Below, piece after piece: positions 60,330 through 64,000 of a stretch of 64,000 bases of DNA. The stretch comes from a virus, in IMG/VR virus record IMGVR_UViG_3300042475_004859, positions 3,147 through 67,146 of that record. One strand, given 5' to 3'. Made by a program: the position numbers and the translations under genes. The number at the start of each line of letters is the position of its first letter. Position 1 is the first letter of the stretch. The notes below the pieces were generated by a model, which was not told the origin of the DNA, ran no database searches, and was given only the letters and a program-made list of their open reading frames with translations.

Positions 60330-63230
60330 TTAATGTCTAATCGTCTTTACTGATACCGATGTCATGGTACCTAATTTATTACCAAACGCGGCCCTACGAC
60401 TAAATCTTAAATTCTGTTCGGTATATGAAACAGATGGGGGCTGAATTATTTTTGTAGATAAATTATAGGTTGTAAAAGCTCCATTTTCAGATACTTCTAC
60501 AGACATTGAAGAAAGACCTTCCTTAACACTCCAAATCTTCGGTACGACACCTGCTAATTTAAAATTAATATCATATAATGCATTCGAATATGAATATTCA
60601 CTAGTAGACCCTACGTCTAATAAATAATCAGATAATATATTTCGATCTGGCTGACAGGAGTTTCCAAATATAGCAATATTTTCTTCAGAAAGTTGGTAGT
60701 CTACATAATCTACCTTTCGTACCACGCTAGCGTCTGGAGCATCAATTTTTACCGTATGCTCAAATTTTGATGTAAATTTGGGAAATTCGGATGAACATGA
60801 AGCAAAAATCCTATAACCAGGACCTGCATATGAAGTTGTTATTGGGTCATACAACTCATCAGATAGTAAAGAATAAGATGGGGCTGTAACACATTCATCT
60901 TCATAATTATCTAATTCTTCAATAAAGGAACCTGGCGGAGTAAAAATTTTCATAGCTCCGCCATCAAAATTTATTTCATAACATTCTGTAGACAATAACC
61001 CCCAAGGACCTTCGTTAATTCTAAACTGTTCTCCAAACTCATCCTCCTCAATTCTTATTTTATAACCGCCGGGAATTTCTTTTTCATGGTTAACTTTTTG
61101 GACATCAACTGTTAAAGAATCAACCTCTCTAACCATAAATAATTTAATATTTTCATTCCATTTAGCCTCTGGAAACATTGTGTATAATATATCTGGACGC
61201 CCATCGCTATTAGCATATTTATGAGGTATTTGCTGATTGCACCAAGCATAAAGTTCTCCATACCATTTATCTCCGAACTCTCTTTCTGGATACCATTTCG
61301 GGGAACTTCTTGAAAATAAAATAAAGCTGTTAGCGACATAATTTTCTGGCTGCTTATCGGACCCGCTTGTTTGCAAACGTTGCTCTTCGGTCCGTATATT
61401 TTCATTTATATCATCCACCATACTTGTTTTCAAATTATCAACCATTGAACCTACATCGTGACCAAATCTGAAAATTTCAATATTTTCTGCCCCTTGTTTG
61501 GCTTTATGCCATCTACCGCTACCATCTTCACTAGGCCCTTGTATGCTACATTCGGTTTCGTCATCTGAAGCGCCAGTTACTATTGTTTTGAATTTATTAA
61601 AATAATATTTACCTAAAAAATTGCTAGCTAAATTTCTATCACTAGATACCGCTTCATCATAAGCTTCTTCGCTACACTCGGCAACAAAAAAATAAAATTT
61701 AGGATTTTTAAAGGTACCATCGTTACCCATATAAATTTGTACTAATTCTGGCGGCATATTATTTCTACATTTAATAAAATTACTTTTATGCGTAGAGTTA
61801 TCGGAATTAATGTGATATACAGCCTTTATTTTCATGCCACCAAAACCAGCTAATAAGCTCGCACTATTACGAGAGTTACCATTTGAAGAAATATTATGAA
61901 TTGTGCCACAATCATCTGCAGTACTATAATTAAACACTCCTGGGTCTACTGATTGGATGGAGGCTTGAAAACTATTTCCTACTGTAGACCCACTACCGGA
62001 ACCCGACCCGCCAGATCTTACACTACCGTTAGCTGATATAATTGTTTTTCTATTCGAACCAGTATTTTCACTTGGCGTTGTTTCTTGATCCGGAGATTGG
62101 CCGTCATCAGTGTCACTACCTTCACCCGTATCTTCTTCATTATTATCTTCACCATCTATATAACTTTCTAAATCATTTGGACGAAGAATACCGTAATGAA
62201 TAAACCATAAAAACGCGTCTCTTAAAGAGCTAGAATAATAAGACAAAGCGACAGCAACTGATTTTGCTGAAACAGCGCCATTATAACGAGAAGATACTGG
62301 CGATGGGTCTGGGAGAAAAAGATCGTCTAAGGTAATAGGTCTTAACATTTTCCAGCTATCTTGCCTACACTGATATTTTACAAATTTACCAGGTCTTTCA
62401 AATCTACCCATGAAACCTTGTGAAAACGTATTTAGAATATTTTCTTTATAATTGACTTCTACAGCATCTGGATCATCTTTTATAGTTGAATAAGAAACAG
62501 GGGCATTCTCACCAAATGAAGCTCTAGAATTAAAAATTAATTCATCAGCCGTAGGATCCCAAAAAAAACTTAGCCCTAAATCTGAACACCAGCTAGATAA
62601 TACACTTCTTAAATTACCAACATGCTGAGCTTTATACATGTAGAGATTAGAAGCGTCATAATTTAAAGTGATATTAGAGAGAGTAGATCTTACTCTATTT
62701 ATTAAGTCGCTAAATGTGTAATATGTTTCAAAAGTCTCAATATCTTTTAATCTCGGGTCGCAAGCTTCTTTATATTTATCTACTGGTGAAAACGGGCAAG
62801 GATCGCAAGGGTCAATTAACCGAGACTCTTCTTCATCATAATCTATACTAGAATCCATATTAACATCACATGGATGATATTGTTTTCCGACAAGAATAAC
62901 ATTTGTAGCTTCTGGGTGTATATCTTTTAAACCAACCCAGTATTTATCCAACAAAATAGATTGGTCAACATATTCTAAACTCAAAGTTTTTTGTTCGGCA
63001 CTTGTGTTAAGTGAATATCCAACTAGAAAACCATTAAAAGTAAAACCACCTAAACCTACAGTTTTGATACTGTTTAAACTTAAACTTGGTGTACTATAAG
63101 TACCATTTTCATTTACCACATCTACTGTTAAAGTAGAAGGTTGTGATTCCCCATTGAATGACCATGAAACTCTATATGGATATCCTCCATAAAAATCACC
63201 GTCTACTTGATCTACAGGAATTACTCTCAT
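60330..63230 (-). CDS. putative tail/baseplate hub-like structural protein
   Basis: 966 aa; VSWSFN..PSTLTVDVV start and LSSWCSDLGLSFFWD resemble tail hub proteins; function inferred. Confidence 0.45.
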   Translation of the reverse strand: MRVIPVDQVDGDFYGGYPYRVSWSFNGESQPSTLTVDVVNENGTYSTPSLSLNSIKTVGLGGFTFNGFLVGYSLNTSAEQKTLSLEYVDQSILLDKYWVGLKDIHPEATNVILVGKQYHPCDVNMDSSIDYDEEESRLIDPCDPCPFSPVDKYKEACDPRLKDIETFETYYTFSDLINRVRSTLSNITLNYDASNLYMYKAQHVGNLRSVLSSWCSDLGLSFFWDPTADELIFNSRASFGENAPVSYSTIKDDPDAVEVNYKENILNTFSQGFMGRFERPGKFVKYQCRQDSWKMLRPITLDDLFLPDPSPVSSRYNGAVSAKSVAVALSYYSSSLRDAFLWFIHYGILRPNDLESYIDGEDNNEEDTGEGSDTDDGQSPDQETTPSENTGSNRKTIISANGSVRSGGSGSGSGSTVGNSFQASIQSVDPGVFNYSTADDCGTIHNISSNGNSRNSASLLAGFGGMKIKAVYHINSDNSTHKSNFIKCRNNMPPELVQIYMGNDGTFKNPKFYFFVAECSEEAYDEAVSSDRNLASNFLGKYYFNKFKTIVTGASDDETECSIQGPSEDGSGRWHKAKQGAENIEIFRFGHDVGSMVDNLKTSMVDDINENIRTEEQRLQTSGSDKQPENYVANSFILFSRSSPKWYPEREFGDKWYGELYAWCNQQIPHKYANSDGRPDILYTMFPEAKWNENIKLFMVREVDSLTVDVQKVNHEKEIPGGYKIRIEEDEFGEQFRINEGPWGLLSTECYEINFDGGAMKIFTPPGSFIEELDNYEDECVTAPSYSLLSDELYDPITTSYAGPGYRIFASCSSEFPKFTSKFEHTVKIDAPDASVVRKVDYVDYQLSEENIAIFGNSCQPDRNILSDYLLDVGSTSEYSYSNALYDINFKLAGVVPKIWSVKEGLSSMSVEVSENGAFTTYNLSTKIIQPPSVSYTEQNLRFSRRAAFGNKLGTMTSVSVKTIRH

Positions 63231-64000
63231 TATTTTATAAACCCTTCATTATTATAAATATAATCCTTGTTATTTTCTAATAGAATTTTTATTCCAGATG
63301 ATGTATCATATTTTGATAATTCTAAATAATCATAATTTAAAGTTTGCCGGACGCCATTTACATAAATTTCTGTATTGTTATAGTAAAAATTATTATTTAA
63401 ATTTAATATTGGTGTTCCCGAAGTAATTCCATGAAAATCGTAATTTCTAGGTATTGCCGTTAAAATTCCAGAATAATCATTATAAAAATTAATCATATTA
63501 GAATTAATTGTATAATCAATATTTTCAATTAATTTTTGACCATTTAAAAATAAATCATAATTACCACTTAAATTAATAATTCCGCCGCTGTTTTCTATAT
63601 TTAAATAATATAAATTTTGAGAGGAATTGACATCTATAAAAACAGAAGATTGATTTTTTAATCCGTAAAAATTACTAAAAATAATTTTATTTTTATTATT
63701 AGGATTAATACCAAAATCATTTTCAACCAAAATTTTATTTTGTTCATAAGGTAAATTAGTAAAAATTAAATTACCAGATTTTTGTAATTGACCGTTAACA
63801 AAAACATTATAAAATTGCTCATTTTGAGCAAGATTAGTATATGAATCAGTATTACGATCATATTGAAGAAATAGATTTTTTTTATTAAACATGGAATTAT
63901 TAAATCCCGTTAAAAATCTTAGATCTATAAAATCATTATTATCAATTTTATTTAAAAAATTTATTACGTTTGTCTGATAAGATAATAATTTTTGATTATT
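63230..64000 (-). CDS. structural protein with repeated (V/L)(F/Y).NG motifs (5' partial)
   Basis: The frame stays open from 63892 to the window end (NNQKLLSYQTNV...); VFVNGQLQ, LFLNGQKL, IYVNGVRQ repeats. Confidence 0.65.
   Translation of the reverse strand, partial: NNQKLLSYQTNVINFLNKIDNNDFIDLRFLTGFNNSMFNKKNLFLQYDRNTDSYTNLAQNEQFYNVFVNGQLQKSGNLIFTNLPYEQNKILVENDFGINPNNKNKIIFSNFYGLKNQSSVFIDVNSSQNLYYLNIENSGGIINLSGNYDLFLNGQKLIENIDYTINSNMINFYNDYSGILTAIPRNYDFHGITSGTPILNLNNNFYYNNTEIYVNGVRQTLNYDYLELSKYDTSSGIKILLENNKDYIYNNEGFIK

Noticed and set aside
26934-64000. Diversity-generating retroelement or invertible shufflon behind the modular genes
   Set aside because: No reverse transcriptase, no template/variable repeat pair with A-specific mismatches, no site-specific recombinase or inverted cassettes seen in this window
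1-64000. Alternative genetic code (stop reassignment)
   Set aside because: Genes are full length in the standard code and TAA, TGA and TAG all end tightly packed ORFs
1-64000. tRNA, rRNA or tmRNA genes
   Set aside because: Intergenic gaps are short and AT-rich and no cloverleaf or T-loop motif was seen by eye; a covariance search would be needed to exclude them fully
1-64000. Bacterial chromosome or eukaryotic giant virus origin
   Set aside because: Compact phage-type replication genes, a stand-alone sigma factor, bacterial promoters and absence of cellular housekeeping operons fit a large bacteriophage; capsid and terminase are not in this window, so this remains an inference

Overview
AT-rich, densely coding fragment of a large tailed dsDNA bacteriophage (host not determinable from this window; standard genetic code fits). 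1-902: end of a + strand run of probable structural genes. 906-22006 (- strand): replication, recombination and nucleotide module with a DnaE polymerase split into three genes (PHP domain, DEDDh exonuclease, catalytic core), PD-(D/E)XK nuclease, dCMP deaminase, primase, DnaB, dNMP kinase, RecA, class II RNR and a phage sigma factor, interleaved with nucleotide-sugar and glycosyltransferase genes. 22170-26929 (+ strand): membrane protein, ssDNA-binding-like protein, GT4/GT9 glycosyltransferases and a Rad52-like annealing protein. 26934-64000 (- strand): a long cluster of large modular, probably virion-associated proteins (FN3 arrays, FG-GAP, delta-60 and Asp-box propellers, Ig-like domains, a PhoD phosphatase) whose modules are joined by poly-serine tracts encoded by 3- to 15-nt DNA repeats. 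The two strongest candidate systems, both inferred, are (i) a poly-Ser-jointed module-shuffling array, backed by a fossil gene end and modules shared between genes, and (ii) phage-encoded glycosylation of these Ser-rich virion proteins. Sigma70-type promoters giving leaderless or short-leader mRNAs, a GTGTAA candidate late-promoter motif and twin GA-mismatch hairpins at the strand switch are also visible. All product calls are by motif recognition; no database search was run.
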